From Pristiophorus japonicus (lineage: Eukaryota): a DNA stretch of 64,000 nucleotides. Numbering within the stretch: the first letter of the stretch is position 1; every line of letters starts with the position of its first letter. The DNA lies in NCBI RefSeq assembly GCF_044704955.1, contig NC_091990.1, forward strand, positions 40,238,001 through 40,302,000, given 5' to 3'. The notes beneath the pieces are model-generated. The model was given only the letters and a program-made list of their open reading frames with translations. It was not told the origin of the DNA and ran no database searches. The position numbers were made by a program, and so were the translations under genes. Positions 1-13,450 of the stretch are shown here, piece after piece.

Positions 1-732
1 CCTTCTTTTTCATATTTTTGTTGCGCACTATGAAAGAGCTCCTTAAAAGTCCTCCACTGTTCCTCAATTGTGCCACCATTTAGTCTGTGTTTCCAGTCTA
101 CTTTAGCCAACTCTGCCCTCATCCCACTGCAGTCCCCTTTGTTTAAGCACAGTTCGCTCATTTCTGACACAACTTCCTCACCCTCAATCTGTATTACAAA
201 TTCAACCATACTGTGATCACTCATTCCGAGAGGATCTTTTACTAGGAAATCATTTATTTTTCCTGTCTCATTATACAGGACCAGATCTAAGATAGCTTGC
301 TCCCTTGTAGGTTCTGTAACATACTGTTCTAAGAAACAATCCAGTATGCATTCTATGAATTCCTCCTCCAGACTACCCTGTGCGATTTGAGTTGACCAAT
401 CGATATGTAGGTTAAAATTCCCCATGACTACTGCCGTTCCTTTTTCACATGCCTCCATTATTCCCTTGATTATTGCCCGCCCCACCATGAAGTTATTATT
501 TGGGGGCCTATAAACTATGCCCACCAGTGACTTTTTCCCCTTACTATCTCTAATCTCCACCCATAATGATTCAACATTTTGTTCATTAGAGCCAATATCG
601 TCTCTCACAACTGCCCTGATATCATCCTTTATTAACAGAGCTACCCCACCTCCTTTCCCTTCTTGTCTATCTTTCCGAATCGTCAGATACCCCTGTATGT
701 TTAATTCCCAGTCTTGGCCACCCTGCAACCAA
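1..732 (-). mobile_element. CR1 LINE fragment (ORF2 APE endonuclease region)
   Basis: The reverse strand encodes CR1 APE motifs (KGGGVALL, VYRPPN, MGNFNL) resembling the other CR1 copies in the window. It abuts and interrupts the Gypsy integrase region at about 733. Confidence 0.85.
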
Positions 733-3700
733 ACATGACATTGAGATTCTCTATGATTGCCGTGGATGTGCTGGATGACATTCTATCCACTTCGAATAAG
801 CCACCACTAAAAACACCTTGCCCAGGAAGGGACTTGCAAAATCTACTTGGATCCTGGACCAAGGTTTGAATGGCCATGACCACAGACTCAGCAGCGATTC
901 TGCTGATGCTTTGCTGAGCTGCATGCAAGTGTTGCATTGATGCAGCATGCTTCCATTCAGAATCAATTCCTGGCCATCATACATGAGACCTGGCGATGGC
1001 CTTCATCATCACTATACCCGGATGTGTGCTGTGTAACTCCCGCATGAACTTCTTTCTCCCTTTCTTGGGCATTACAACACAATATGCAATCTGCTTGAAT
1101 AGACTGTTCGTCCTTGCGACGAATGTATGGTTTGGCCTCCTTGCACATTTGCTTAGATATGGCAGACCAATCCCCTTTGAGGATGCAACCCTCTTTCACT
1201 AATAAAATCGGGTCCTGACTGGTCCAGGTCTTAACTTGTTGAGCCATGACAGGGGTTCCTTCACTCTCAAAAACATCCATGATTAACATTAGATCCGCCG
1301 GTTGTGGCGTTTCCAACTCTGCTGTGGGCAATGGCAACGGGCTCAAAGCATCAGCACAATTTTCTGTGCCAGGTTTGTGGTGAACGACATAATCATAGGC
1401 AGATAATATCAGCGCCTACCTTTGGACGCAGGATGAAGATTTGGTATTGATATTTTTGCTCTCAGAAAACAATGAAATGAGCGGCTTGTAATCAGTCTCT
1501 AATTCGAACCTCAGACCGAACAGGTATTGATGCATCTTGTTAAAACTGTACATACACGCTAAAGCTTCTTTTTCCACCATGCTGTAGGATCTTTCCACTT
1601 TAGACAAACTTTTGAATGCATACGCGACAGGTTAAAGTTTCCCCGACACATTGGCTTGTTGGAGTACACAACCAATTCCATATGATGATGTGGCACAGGC
1701 CAAAACTAAACGTTTACATGGGCCATAATATACCAGCATCTTGTTCGAGCAAAGCAGATTGGTGCCTTTCTCAAAAGCTCTGTCTTGCGAACACCCAGTT
1801 GTTGCCTTTTCTCAATAGCATGTGCAGTGGTTCTCGTACGGTGTTCAATTTAGGTAGGAAGTTACTGAAGTAGTTGAGTAGACCCAGGAACGAACACAGC
1901 TCCGTCACATTCTGTGGCTTGGGTGCATTTTTGGTGGCCTTGGTTTTCACGTCAGTAGGTCTGATGCCATCAGCGGCGATTTTCTTCCCAAGGAATTCGA
2001 CCTCCAGTGACATGAAGATGCACTTCGAGCGTTTAAGTCTGAGTCCCACTCTATCCAAACACAGTAGAACCTCTTCCAGGTTGCTCAGATGCTCCTTGGA
2101 GTCACGACCGGTGATCAAGGTGTCATCTTGGAACACGATGGTTCTGGGAACGGACTTCAGTAGACTTTCCATATTTCTCTGGAATATTGCTGCAGCCGAG
2201 TGAATTCCGAAAGGGCACCTGTGGTAAATAAACAGATTCTTTGTGCGTGTTAATGCACGTAAGTCTCTTCGATGTCTCGACCAACTCCTGTGTCATATAG
2301 GCCGACGTCAAGTCCAGCTTTGTGAACGACTTCCCTCCGACTAGTGTCACAAACAAGTTATCAGCCTTCGGTAACTGATCTTGTTTCGAAACCCTGTTGA
2401 TCATAGTCTTATAGTCTCCACAGATTCTGACTGTGCCATCACTTTTCAGCACAGGAACAATGGGGCTGACCCATTCATTGAATTCGACCAGTGATATGAT
2501 CCCTTCACGCTGGAATCTGTCCAGTTCAATTTCGACCTTCTCCCTCATCATATACGGCACTGCCCGAGCTTTATGATGAATGGGTCTTGCAACTGAGTCC
2601 ACTTGGATCTGCACCTTGGCTCCTGTGAAGTTGCCGATACCCGGTTCGAACAGCGAGGGGAACTTGCTCAATACTTGGGCACATGTATCTTCCTCTGATG
2701 ACAAAGCCTTTATGTCATTCCAGTTGCATCTGATTTTCTTCAACCAGCTCCTGCCAAGCAGCATCGGGCCATTGCCTGGAACAATCCACAGCGGTAACAC
2801 GTGAACCGCACCGTTATATGACACATTAATTTGTGCACTGCCAATCACCTTTATCAGTTCTTTGGTGTACATGCGCAGCTTGGCATTAACAGGGCTCAGC
2901 CTAGGCCTCACAGTCTTAGTATCGCACAGCTTATAAAATGCCCTCTCGTTCATGACCGATTGACTTGCCCCCGTGTCCAGTTCCATCGATACCAGCATCC
3001 CATTAAACTTCACATTAATCAAAATTAGTTTACTTTTGGTTATGAAGGAGTACTGTCCATACACTTCCTCCTCTGGCATCTCGGATTGCGTATCCAGATC
3101 CATGCTAGTCTGACTCTCATCCTTCACATGGTGTGTCGCAGCACGCTTGCTCATCTGCGGACACATGTGCTGGAGATGCCCCACTCTCAGACAGCCTTTG
3201 CAACTATAATGCTTAAATCGGCACTGCAGGTGTCGAAGATATCCCCCATAATACCAACACGGAGAAGTTGGATACATTCCCGTTGGCAGACTTTGGCCAG
3301 CCACAGGTTTCGCGAATGTAGCCGGATAGGCGGTGCCATGTGCCGTTATCAATTACGTGAACGGCAAATCAATCGCATTTACATTACTTGCCGTGGTTCA
3401 GTTTTTCACCGCTATTTGCTTTAGACTCCTGTCCGTCGTCATACATGATTGAGCGATCTGGATGGCCCTTTTTGAATCCAACGCCTCCACCGCCAGAAGT
3501 TTGCGCAGGATCACCTCGTGGTTGATACCGATAACAAAGAAGTCCCACAGCATATCTGCCAGCACCGTCCCGAACTTGCACGGCTCCGGTAGACGTCTCA
3601 GGTCTGCAACGAATTCCACCGCGCTCTGGCCCTCCGATCAAATGTGTGTATCAAACCTGTATCTCGAGATGATGATGCCGTCGCCTGGCTTGAGGTGCTC

Positions 3701-4241
3701 CGGTACCAATGTATACAACTCCTCGTATGTTCTCTCTGTCGGATCACTAGGCATGAGTAGATTCTTTATCAGACCGTAGATCTTTGCACCGCACACAGTG
3801 AGGAACACGGCCCGGCACCGATCTGCATCGTCGACCCCCTTCATTTTGTTGGCCACGAAGTATTGGTTCAAACGGCTCACAAAGTCTGCCCAATCTTCCC
3901 TCTCCACGAAGCGCTCTAAAAATCCAATCATGCTCATTTTGCAAACAAAGATTCTTATATTCTCGTCACCAAATGTTATGTCTGCAATAAAGGTTCAAAG
4001 TGAGTACTGTTTAACTAAGCCAGAATCGCGGGAATCGAGCGTTGCCATGCCATTGCTAAGGACATTCACACTTTACAGCAGACGGTCAAAAAAATTTGAC
4101 ACTACCACCCATTTGATATCACTCACGGAAATGCCCATTTTCAAAAATGGAAACTAGGTGTTTTAACCATGTGCGTGCTGCTCAGTTGCCCCCAACAATG
4201 ACGCCATCTGGTGGCTACAAACAGAATGTACATACATGACA
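733..4241 (-). mobile_element. Degenerate Ty3/Gypsy LTR retrotransposon (5' LTR, gag, protease, RT, RNase H, start of integrase)
   Basis: LTR 3974-4241 (TG...CA) with a PBS-like TGGTGACGAG next to it. Minus-strand ORFs show gag (FLERFVEREDW), protease (MELDTGAS), RT (RICGDYK, LDLTSAY, FQDD), RNase H (EKEALA, ETDYKPL) and integrase start (PWSRIQVDFA). Many frameshifts. Confidence 0.92.
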
Positions 4242-5800
4242 GGGACCACTGGGAGGCCTGTGGCAGCAGTGTTCCTGGCTATTGCATCCAGGGACTCTGC
4301 CATGTGCGGAATGTACTCAGTCATGGTGGCCAGATGTCGGGATATGTCCCCCAAAGCTTCAATGAGCTGGTCACCAATATCTACAGTCCTCCTAGACAAC
4401 TGTACCATCTCTCCGCTGTTATGTCGCGCTCGTGGAACAGACCTGCCGTATCCACGAGCCCTCCGTGGGGTCGGTGCCATCCTGGGGACAAATGGGGTCC
4501 CTGTAGAGAGATGCTTGGGGCTGGCACCTCCAGAGTGGAGACGAGAATGACCGGAGGACCACTAGATGGCCTTGGGATGGAATGGGTTCTGGAGCGTGGC
4601 GATGCAGGTTCTTCGAAATCCACGCTCTCATCCGTCAAGAACAGACCCAATGGATTGATGAGCGACAATCAGAGCTCCTCAGCACCAGATGTAGTAGGAT
4701 CGTCTGCCAACTCCTGCCCCGCACCCCATCTTCTGGCCTCTGTGGCCTTGGCTGGGGCTGCCCTGCTGGCTGAGCTGTAAGACACAAATGAGGTTATTAG
4801 AGGAGAAGGGGGTGCTAGGGTGACAAGGTGAGTCCAGCTCTACACACATCATATGCACGACAAAAGCACCATCACTCTCAAAATCATCACAGACATCACA
4901 TTTCATGACCATCAACACATTGTGTATTGCAATGATTTTCATTAGGCCGGCATTATTTCTATGCCACTTTTAGAAATCATCTATCATATCCGATTGTTCG
5001 GCTATGAGTGGTGTGGCATCTATTGACTTTACATCACGCAATGGTGTAAGCTTTACTCACGTGGCATCATTTCAGGGTCTGCAGATGTGTCTGTGGCTGT
5101 CCGGGGGTGCTTCCCCATGAGTGCGAACACCCGCTCCTCCATCTCAGTGATGTTGCAAGAGACTGGTGTCCCCCCCATCTGTTCGCCTCAGCATAGGCCT
5201 CATTGTCAATAGCATCTTCTGTAAAAGGTGACAGGACGACATGGCATGATATCATTGCTAGGTATTGTCACAGAGACTGATACAACACATACTGGCAGAT
5301 GTAATCATGATTATTATGATTATTATCATTCTTTACCTAAAGCCATACACCGTGACCGCAGGCTTTGAGTAAAACATTCCCGGTAAAAGTGCAAGACCTC
5401 ACATCTGCTGATAGTCACTCATAACTGTTACAAATCAAATTATATAAACACATAATTACATGCAAATAAATGTAATACTTACTCTTGCGGATCCCACAAG
5501 GTCGTTCCATCGTTTGCAGCATTGGTTGCCCTCACCCACCTCATTGGTCACCGACGAGACCACCTCTGCTATCTCGGTCCATATCCTCTGGTAGGCCTTT
5601 GGGCTGGGCATCCCACGCCCTCCCTGTGTCAAATCACCCCAGCGTGACTCGACCTCCTGCAGGAGAGAGGCATTTGCCTCGTTCCGAGAACCCCCTGGCT
5701 CTTTTGCGGCCTCCAATGTGCTCCTCACCCACCTCACTGCTCTCTCCAGCGTTAGTCTCCACAGCGTGCTGTGATACCTCCTCCTCTCCCTCTATTATAG
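4242..5800 (-). mobile_element. PIF/Harbinger-type Myb/SANT-like DNA-binding protein gene remnant (spliced, frameshifted)
   Basis: Frames 5634-5942 and 5456-5737 join to give RKRARGFSE..ASLLQEVESRW..QRIWTEIAEVVS..QCCKRWNDL, a Myb/SANT-like (trihelix) domain typical of Harbinger ORF1. A GTAAGT donor lies near 5482 and downstream low-complexity/coiled-coil pieces run to 4242, where the Gypsy LTR interrupts. Confidence 0.7.
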
Positions 5801-5821
5801 GGCAAATTTGGTCAAATATGT

Positions 5822-6272
5822 GGCTGGTAACTGCTACTTTTTGTTTGCCTACTTGCTGTGAAGCCCTTTTTGTTTTTTGCCTTGGGTTTCTCTGCCCTCC
5901 ACTTTTACTATTCTCCTTTCTATCTTTTGCTTCTGCCTCCATTCTACTTCCCTCTGTCTCCCTGCATAGGTTCCCATCCCCCTGCCATGTTAGTTTAACT
6001 CCTCCCCAACAGCACTAGCAAACACTCCCCCTAGGACATTGGTTCCGGTCCTGCCCAGGTACAGACCGTCCGGTTTGTGCTGGTCCCACCTCTCCCAGAA
6101 CTGGTTCCAATGTCCCAGGAATTTGAATCCCTCCCTTATGCACCACTCCTCAAGCCACGTATTCATCTGAGCTATCCTGCGATTCCTACTCTGACTAGCA
6201 CATGGCACTGGTAGCAATCCTGAGATTACTACTTTTGAGGTCCTACTTTTAATTTAGCTCCTAGCTCCCTAA
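5822..6272 (-). mobile_element. CR1 fragment (ORF1 SGNH-esterase C-terminus and ORF1/ORF2 spacer)
   Basis: ORF 5990-6217 (RRIAQMNTWLEEWC..DGLYLGRTGTNVL) matches CR1 ORF1 at 30837-31570. Confidence 0.88.
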
Positions 6273-7214
6273 CATTTTCCCCCCAAACAGATAAGTAAAG
6301 ACAAAATAATGGGAGTGATGGTATTGCCTTCAATGTCTCACACCACTTCTGCCTCCAGTAAGAAACTCGGGTGGAACCTCCTCATAGACGAACGGGTCTC
6401 CTTTATGAAACAGCACAACCAATTACTGCAGCCCCAACTTCATCATCAGCAGTGTAATTTGATGGGGGATTGGGGTGGCGCTACTGCCACCAGAGGGGCG
6501 AAACATTGCCATGGAGGAGGTTTTCTCAGTCTGCATTGGTAGTAGCAATGCTGTTAGTAGCAACAGTAAACAGTCATCAATGCTGGCGTTATTTCCTCTG
6601 GTCATGCTGAGCTTTGTCGTTTAAAGGAGCAGATAGGAAGTAAACAATGATGTTGTAGGCTTTATTTGATGTGGTTTTTTTTTACAATATTTTTCTTGTT
6701 GACTCAATTGTTGATAAAATTTGGTGCCGATAATATTGTTTTGCTCCTAAAATTGGGCAATGGGTTCCCCCTTTGGAATCATTCCATCTTCATGTTTTTG
6801 AAGGAAGAGAGGTGGATCAATTGAGAATCAATTGCACTGAGGATTTTTTCCAAACAATAACTGATGATGATGACGATTATGCTACCAACTTACTAATTCG
6901 GATAATGGGTATTCCTATTTCTATCCATCTTCAGTTATACTATTTGGAGGAAGATAATGAATAAGAGAAGGATGTGAGACATGTCAGGCTACACGAGAGG
7001 AGAGCTGCAACCGGTTACCTTCCCAACCTTCATGTTTAAGCCAAGGTGAACTTCCCGGGATGGGGCTGAGAAACAGCACACGTGTGGGCTGAGATTCGCC
7101 ATGGTGGCTGTGAATGGTGTTGTGCCACCTGCTGCTAGCTGAGTTCCAATCAATCTCCAGGGCAGGCACACAACTCTGAAAGGCTTTTAGAGTCACTGCA
7201 ACTCTGAACTTTCA

Positions 7215-7899
7215 ACTCTTTTAGGGCAAACATAAACATTAATTCACGTGCCCCCCGATCTGGGGGACACTCCAAACATTTCCCAAGGCCCTTTTTTTTG
7301 TTTTTTTGTTGGTTTTTTTTGTATTTTTTGTAGGGTTTTTTTTGTGTTTTTTTTAGGGCATTAAAATTCCATATTTTACAAGTGGCCCCTATAAAAGGGG
7401 AGGGGGAGACTAAAAACATGGGCAATTAAAACAAATTAAACTTTAAAACATAAAATCAAATTAAAATGTGGTTGCCGGGGGTAATAATGCACTCCAGTCT
7501 CTCCGGTGCCCACCTCTCGCGGAAGGCCGCGAGCGTACTGGTGGACACCCCACTCTGAACTTTCAACTCTTTTTGAGGGAGACAAAATAAACATTAAATC
7601 AAGTGCCCCCCGATCTGGGGGACACTCGAACATTTTTTGAGGCCCTTTTTTGTGTGTTTTTTTTTTGTTTTTTGTTTATTTTTGTGTATTTTTTTTGTGT
7701 TTTTTTTGGGCATTAAATCATTTTTTTCAAGTGCCCCCTATAAAAGGGGAGGGGGGCACTAAAACCGGCATTTAAAATAAATTAGACTTTAAAACATGTA
7801 AAATCAAATTAAAATTTGATTGCCGGGGGTAATGATGCACTCCAGTCCCTCCGGCGCCCACCTCTCGCGGAAGGCCGCGAGCGTACCGGTGGACACCCC
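7215..7899 (-). mobile_element. Tandem dimer of 5'-truncated Tx1/L1-like LINE 3' ends
   Basis: Two units of about 340 bp separated and flanked by the 14-mer ACTCTGAACTTTCA (7201, 7552, 7900). Same 3' UTR and ORF2 end as 15075-16127. Confidence 0.8.
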
Positions 7900-8499
7900 A
7901 CTCTGAACTTTCATGCCTTGGACTCATTCCAGCCTGCAATTAATCAACTTGAATAGCACAAATTAATGAGCATTCATTAAGGTCAACGGGCCAAAGTGAG
8001 TTAACACCTTGTCCTCTCACCCCTTGACCTGGATTTGAATCCAGTCCAGACCGATGGGAAGGAAACCTCATTCCTATTGTGGCTGCCAGAGGCTAACATG
8101 AATTAAATTTAGATGCTCTCAACCGAGATCCTAGTGGGCCTGAATCTTAGCATAAACTGCCCATCATTTCTCACTCAGACAAATGTCACATGGATAGATA
8201 CTCTTTTGAGGATGGGACTATGCATATTGTTGATAGAGCAGAGGTTTTACTATGCATTTGGCCGTTGTAATTGACCTGATAGTAAATGAAACATGTCCTA
8301 TTTCCTAGCATCAACATCTCTCACATTGTTAAGCACAAATATTTACCATTTTTTTCCCCAAAAACGAGAAACAATAGTACAAATATGCAAACAAGAAAAG
8401 AATGAAAAAGTTAATGAAGCAGAGATGCATTTGAAGGTGGCAGGGCAATGGAATTGAGCAGTAGCCTCTGAAACAATAAAAGGGAATTGATGTGGATAA

Positions 8500-9735
8500 C
8501 AACTGCCTTCAGCTACCTAGGCCCCAAGCTCTGGAACTCCCTCCTTAAACCTCTCCGCCTCTCTACCTCTCTTTCCTCCTTCAAGATGCTCCTTAGCTAT
8601 TTACAATCTATATTAACGACTTGAAAGAAAGGACCGAGTGTAACGTAGTCAAGTTTGCTGATGATACAAAGATGGGAGGAAAAGCAATGCATGAGGAGGA
8701 CACAAAAAAACTGTAAAAGGACTTAGACAGACTCAGTGAGTGGGCAAAAATTTGGCAGATGGAGTATAATGTTGGAAAGTGTGAAGTCATGCACTTTGGC
8801 AGAAAAAAAATCAAACACCAAGTTATTATTTAAATGGAGAAATATTGCAAAGTGCTGCATTACAGCAGGACCTGGGGATACTTGTGCATAAAACACAAAA
8901 GGATAGTATGCAGGTACAGCAAGTGATCAGGAAGGCCAATAGAATCTTGGCCTTTATTGCAAAGGGGATGGAGTATAAAAGCAGGGAAGTCTTGCTACAG
9001 CTATACAGAGTATTGGTGAGGCCACACCTGGAATTCTGCATACAGTTTTGGTTTCCATATTTACGAAAGGATATCCTTGCTTTGGAGGCAGTTCAGAGAA
9101 GGTTCACTAGGTTGATTCCAGAGATGAGTGGTTGACATATGAGGAAAGGTTGAGTAGGTTGGGCCTCCACTCATTGGAATTCAGAAGAATGAGAGGTGAT
9201 CTTATTGAAATGTGTAAGATTATGAGGGGGCTTGACAAGGTGGATGCAGAGAGGATGTTTCCACTGAGAGGGGAGACTAGAACTAGAGGGCACAATCTTA
9301 GAATAAGGGGCCGCCCATTTAAAACTGAGATGAGAAGGAATTTCTTCTCTCAGAGGGTTGTAAATCTGTGGAATTCACTGCCTCGGAGCTGTGGAAGCTG
9401 GGACATTGAATAAATTTAAGACAGAAATAGACAGTTTTTTAAACTATAAGGAAATAAGGGGTTATGTAATAAGCGGGCAGGGAAGTGGAGCTGAGTCCAT
9501 GATCGGAACAGCCATGATTGTATTAAATGGCGGAGCAGGCTCGAGGGACAGTATGGCCTACTCCTGCTCGTATTTCTTATGTTTTTATGATGTTAAAATG
9601 TACCTCTTCTGCCCTAATTTCTTCTTATCTGGCTCGATGTCAAATTGATTTTTTTGACTTATAACACACCTGTTATAACCGCACCTTGGGACATTTTACT
9701 ACGTTAAAGGCACTATGTAAATACAAGTTGTTGGT
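8500..9735 (+). mobile_element. CR1 3' fragment (about 8597-9590) inserted into an L2-type 3' end
   Basis: RT C-terminal motifs ([35 protein letters not shown]) and a TTCTTATG-like tail. The flanks 8500-8596 and 9595-9735 match the L2 3' end at 38140-38398. Confidence 0.85.
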
Positions 9736-10503
9736 GTTGATAACAAGCTGGGGATTTCATTGTATCACAATGCTTTCCAAAATCTGTCAGGTTCAATTAA
9801 TTGTCTGACTGAAAACAATTTAATATATATATGTAGCAAATCCCTTCATTTAATTTTTCAGCTCAGTAGAAAACATATTGTATTTTCATGCAATTGTAGG
9901 AGCAAAGAAATGTACAGGACTGGAAAGGTCCATTGTTGCCCATACCAGTATCTAAGGATTAATACAGACAACAAAACCCGTAACCCATTGATCAAATTCT
10001 TCTCCAGATAATTACTTAACTTTGCAGAAATCTGATTATTCACCACCATCATCATCATAGGCGGTCCCTCGAACGAGGGTGACTTGCTTCCACACCAAAA
10101 GGGATGAGTTTGCAGATGTTTCAATGAAGGACGGGATATTCCAGTCGTGAATGTCAGGGGTTCATAACAAGAGTGAATGCACGTCACAGTAAAGTTTTGT
10201 TTGTAAAGAGTTTTGGGCAGTCCTGAGCGATGTGATAATGGCACCAAAGAATGCATGTTATTTCTTTCTTCAACACGGACAGCAGCTGGCGACCTATTCT
10301 GTTGTGGAGGGAAGAGGTGGGCTGCATTGCAGATCAGCTAAAATCTGTTCTCTCCTGACATCTACACGTGTATTTTCCAACAGTTGCCACTGGATCCCAA
10401 TGAGGACTGGGAAATCCTGGCTGATTCTCCAAGTAAATTGGTGTCAATTGGCCCAATTACAGCCTGTCTTTCTCAGCTGAGCCTTTGGGGAGCCAGCATT
10501 ACA

Positions 10504-10697
10504 ACTATTTTAGTTGTGAACATTAAACAAGTGCCACCTGATTAAAGGGGGGGGGGGTCACCTTGTTTTTTATTTATTTATATTTTTGAGGGCACCAAAA
10601 AAACACAAATTATGCAAGTGCCCCCTGGCTAAAAGGGGGGAGGGGGCACTGAAACTGACACACATGACAAATTAAAATTTAGTTGCTGGCAGAAGGC
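10504..10697 (-). mobile_element. Short Tx1-like 3' UTR insertion with 13-bp TSD
   Basis: AGCCAGCATTACA at 10491-10503 and 10698-10710 flanks sequence similar to the 7215-7899 units. Confidence 0.7.
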
Positions 10698-10749
10698 AGC
10701 CAGCATTACAGTTTTGCATTTGTTGATTCAGGCAAATAGGGCGTGTCTC

Positions 10750-10889
10750 ACTAGAATTGAAACTGGTTTGTTTCTCTTGGAATGAGGCCAGGAGTGCTGT
10801 ATATGTAGGCTTGCACTGTTGTGTATAAAGGGTCGCAGTGCTGCTAGCTCGACATTCACGGCGCATTGGATTCTTCATTGCAACCTTTG
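10750..10889 (+). promoter_or_regulatory. Putative promoter and non-coding exon 1 of ISG12 gene 1
   Basis: IRF-like GAATTGAAACT at about 10754, TATAAA at 10824-10829 and a candidate donor G|GTAAAT at 10889/10890. Loosely similar to the TATA region at 34226. Confidence 0.4.
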
Positions 10890-11439
10890 GTAAATTATTC
10901 GAATACTTTAGATGAAATGTTTGCAATAATCTATGTATAATTGGTCGTGCGTAGTGCCTCACACAAACGGTTTTAATTTACTTTTAACTTCCTCACTTTA
11001 GTCACAGTGTAGGTGGAGCTGTCTGGCGTTTATGTTGTGGCACGACGTTTCCTCCTTTTCTCTGCCATTTTTTCTCCACTTATCCTCTCCTCTCCTGAAG
11101 CCGTTGACCCTTTGCTGGAGTATTATCCCACAGGCGCTCCACTAACTCACCAAAGTGGGCATTCCTCATTCATTAACTCAGATAGTGAGTGTTACCAGAC
11201 TATTCAACCAGGGAGCACATCCAGCATAATATCCTCATCTCAAGGTAAGATTTTCACTTTGTGCTATTTGTAACAAAAGCATAAAACTTGTTCTTCACCA
11301 GCAGGTTCATGGTTTTGCTGCAAATAGCCCGGGGGGGGGGGGAGGGAGGGGAGATCTCCCTCCCACCCCATTAGCCCAACATCGAGGCATGTGCACTTCC
11401 AGAAGTCGTCTCTGGTTAGAGATCCGAACTGGGAATCCT

Positions 11440-11965
11440 GCCTGATCGATACTGAGAAATGTAAGAGAATAAAGGGACCTTGAAGTACATGTCCTTGAAG
11501 GAAGCAGGACAGGTAGATAAGGTGGTTAAGAAGGCATACGGGATACTTTTCTTTCTTAGATGAGCAGAGAGGTTATTCTAGAATGTATAAAACTGCATAC
11601 AGTTCTGGTCACCACATTACAGGAAAGATGTGATTTCATTAGAGAGGATACAAAAGAAATTTATGACAATATTGCCAGGACTGGAGAATTGTTGCTATGA
11701 AAAAAGATTGGATAGACAGGGGTTGTTTTCTTTGTAACAGAGGCTGAGGGGTGATGTAATTGAGATATATAAAATTATGAGGGGCCGAAATAGAGTGGAT
11801 CAGAAGTGCCTTATTTCCCTTAGCAGAGGGGTCAATAACCGGGACATAGATTTAAAGTAATTGGCAAAAGGATTAGAGGGGAGTTAGAGAACTTTTTGTA
11901 ACCAGAGGGTGGTAGGGTTCTAGAGCTCATTGGTAGAGATAGAAACCCTCATCACATTTTAAAAA
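11440..11965 (+). mobile_element. Old CR1-group LINE 3' fragment
   Basis: Degenerate RT C-terminal and 3' motifs (cagttctggtcaccacattacaggaaagatg, aggctgaggggtga). Confidence 0.6.
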
Positions 11966-12971
11966 GTAAGAGTCTGAAATTATTTAATCCCACTTCTGAA
12001 TTCCTTTGGCTCTTGAAAGATTGATTATTATTGTGTAAATTGCCTTTCTTTAAACTTTGCACTTTCAAAAATTGGCTCCTGTAGACTACAAAATCTTTAA
12101 TCACTACTATTTTAATTGCCCCGTTTGTTCAGAGACAATTTAAAAATAACACTAAATAACCTCAATTTCCTTGCCCATCCAATATATCAAGGTGTTAATC
12201 TCATTTAGTGCATCTTTCTGATGTATACCCAAAGCCTTGCCATATCTTTCAGCTTGTTATATCCATCTTGAGATTTTCTCTGCTTCACTAAAATCAGATT
12301 TATTTTGAGAACGAGCGTGACAAGAAGCCATTAATCTGTGTTTTCAAAATGCATACTTCCTGTTATCGATTTTCCCCTGGTTTGTTTTTTCAGTATGTTC
12401 TGCAGAGAACCATTTTTGTTTCTGACAATTACTGGATGCTTCTCTCATTGGCTGCTGTGTTTCCAAAATTACAACATTTCAAAGTATTTAATCGGCTGTA
12501 AAGCATTTTGGGATTGGCACCATGTTGGATTGGGGTGCTATTTCAATAGACTCTGATATCAAATGCAACCAACAGTACTTTATTCCCAGCAGCTTGTTTT
12601 AAAGTGTCCCACCTTTCTGATCCAGCTTGGATAGGTTCTTCTCATAACCAGTCCCAGTTGATCAGTACTGGCTCCCCCTCTATTTTCACTCACTCAGCAC
12701 CTTGCCTTTTATTACAATACACCTTATTGTAATTATACCTGACATAGCTCAGAGTAGAGTGCTTGTTTCGGGAGTCTAGTATCAGACATGCAGACAATGT
12801 GGTCTGCCTATCGAAGCTGATCGAGTGTGGTCAATGCTTCGATGCTGGGGATGATGGCCTGATGTGTTACATTGAAAGAACAATCAATCACAATAAAAAT
12901 GCGCATGCCTGACAAGGAGAGTGAAATATCTACAGTGTTTACCCCTACAATGAGGTTTATAGGATTGTAAG

Positions 12972-13370
12972 GTGTCAGCCCTGGCTCAGTGGTAGTGTTG
13001 AAGTATCACTCAAGCGACACAAGTACAAAATCTAGGCTGGTACTCCAATGCCCCACCGAGGCCCTGTCTGCCCTCTTGGGTGGATGTAAAAGACCCCTTG
13101 GCACTATATCAAAGCAGAGCAGGGGAGTTCTTCTCGGTGTCCTGGACAATAGTTATCCCTTAACCAACATAACTGAAACAAATGATCTGGCACAATCACA
13201 TTGTTGTTCGTGGGAGATTGCTGTGTGCAAACTGTCTGCTGCTTTTCCTATATCATAACAGTGAATAGGCTTTAAATTATTTAATTGGCTTAAGCGCTTT
13301 GGGACATGCTTAAGCGCTTTGGGACATACTGAAGCAGTGAAAGACGGTTTCTCAATGCTAGTTTTTTTTT
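12972..13370 (+). mobile_element. SINE-like repeat (tRNA-type head; related copies at about 13985-14260 and 35320-35960)
   Basis: Starts gtgtcagccctggctcagtggtag (A-box-like). The body is shared with two other copies and ends in an L2-like tail. Confidence 0.6.
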
Positions 13371-13407
13371 TAAACAAAAGATTTTTTCTTTTTACAGAAA
13401 CAAAGCA

Positions 13408-13450
13408 ATGGGCTTATTAACAGCTGCAATTATTACAACTGCCGGTGCAG
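13408..13450 (+). CDS. IFI27: ISG12 gene 1, first coding exon (MGLLTAAIITTAGA)
   Basis: Acceptor ttttacAG at 13396-13397, ATG at 13408, donor G|GTAAGC. Confidence 0.85.

Noticed and set aside
4242-5800. Domesticated Myb/SANT (MSANTD/NAIF1-like) host gene
   Set aside because: It is frameshifted within the domain and truncated by Gypsy and CR1 insertions, so it is better explained as a decayed Harbinger ORF.
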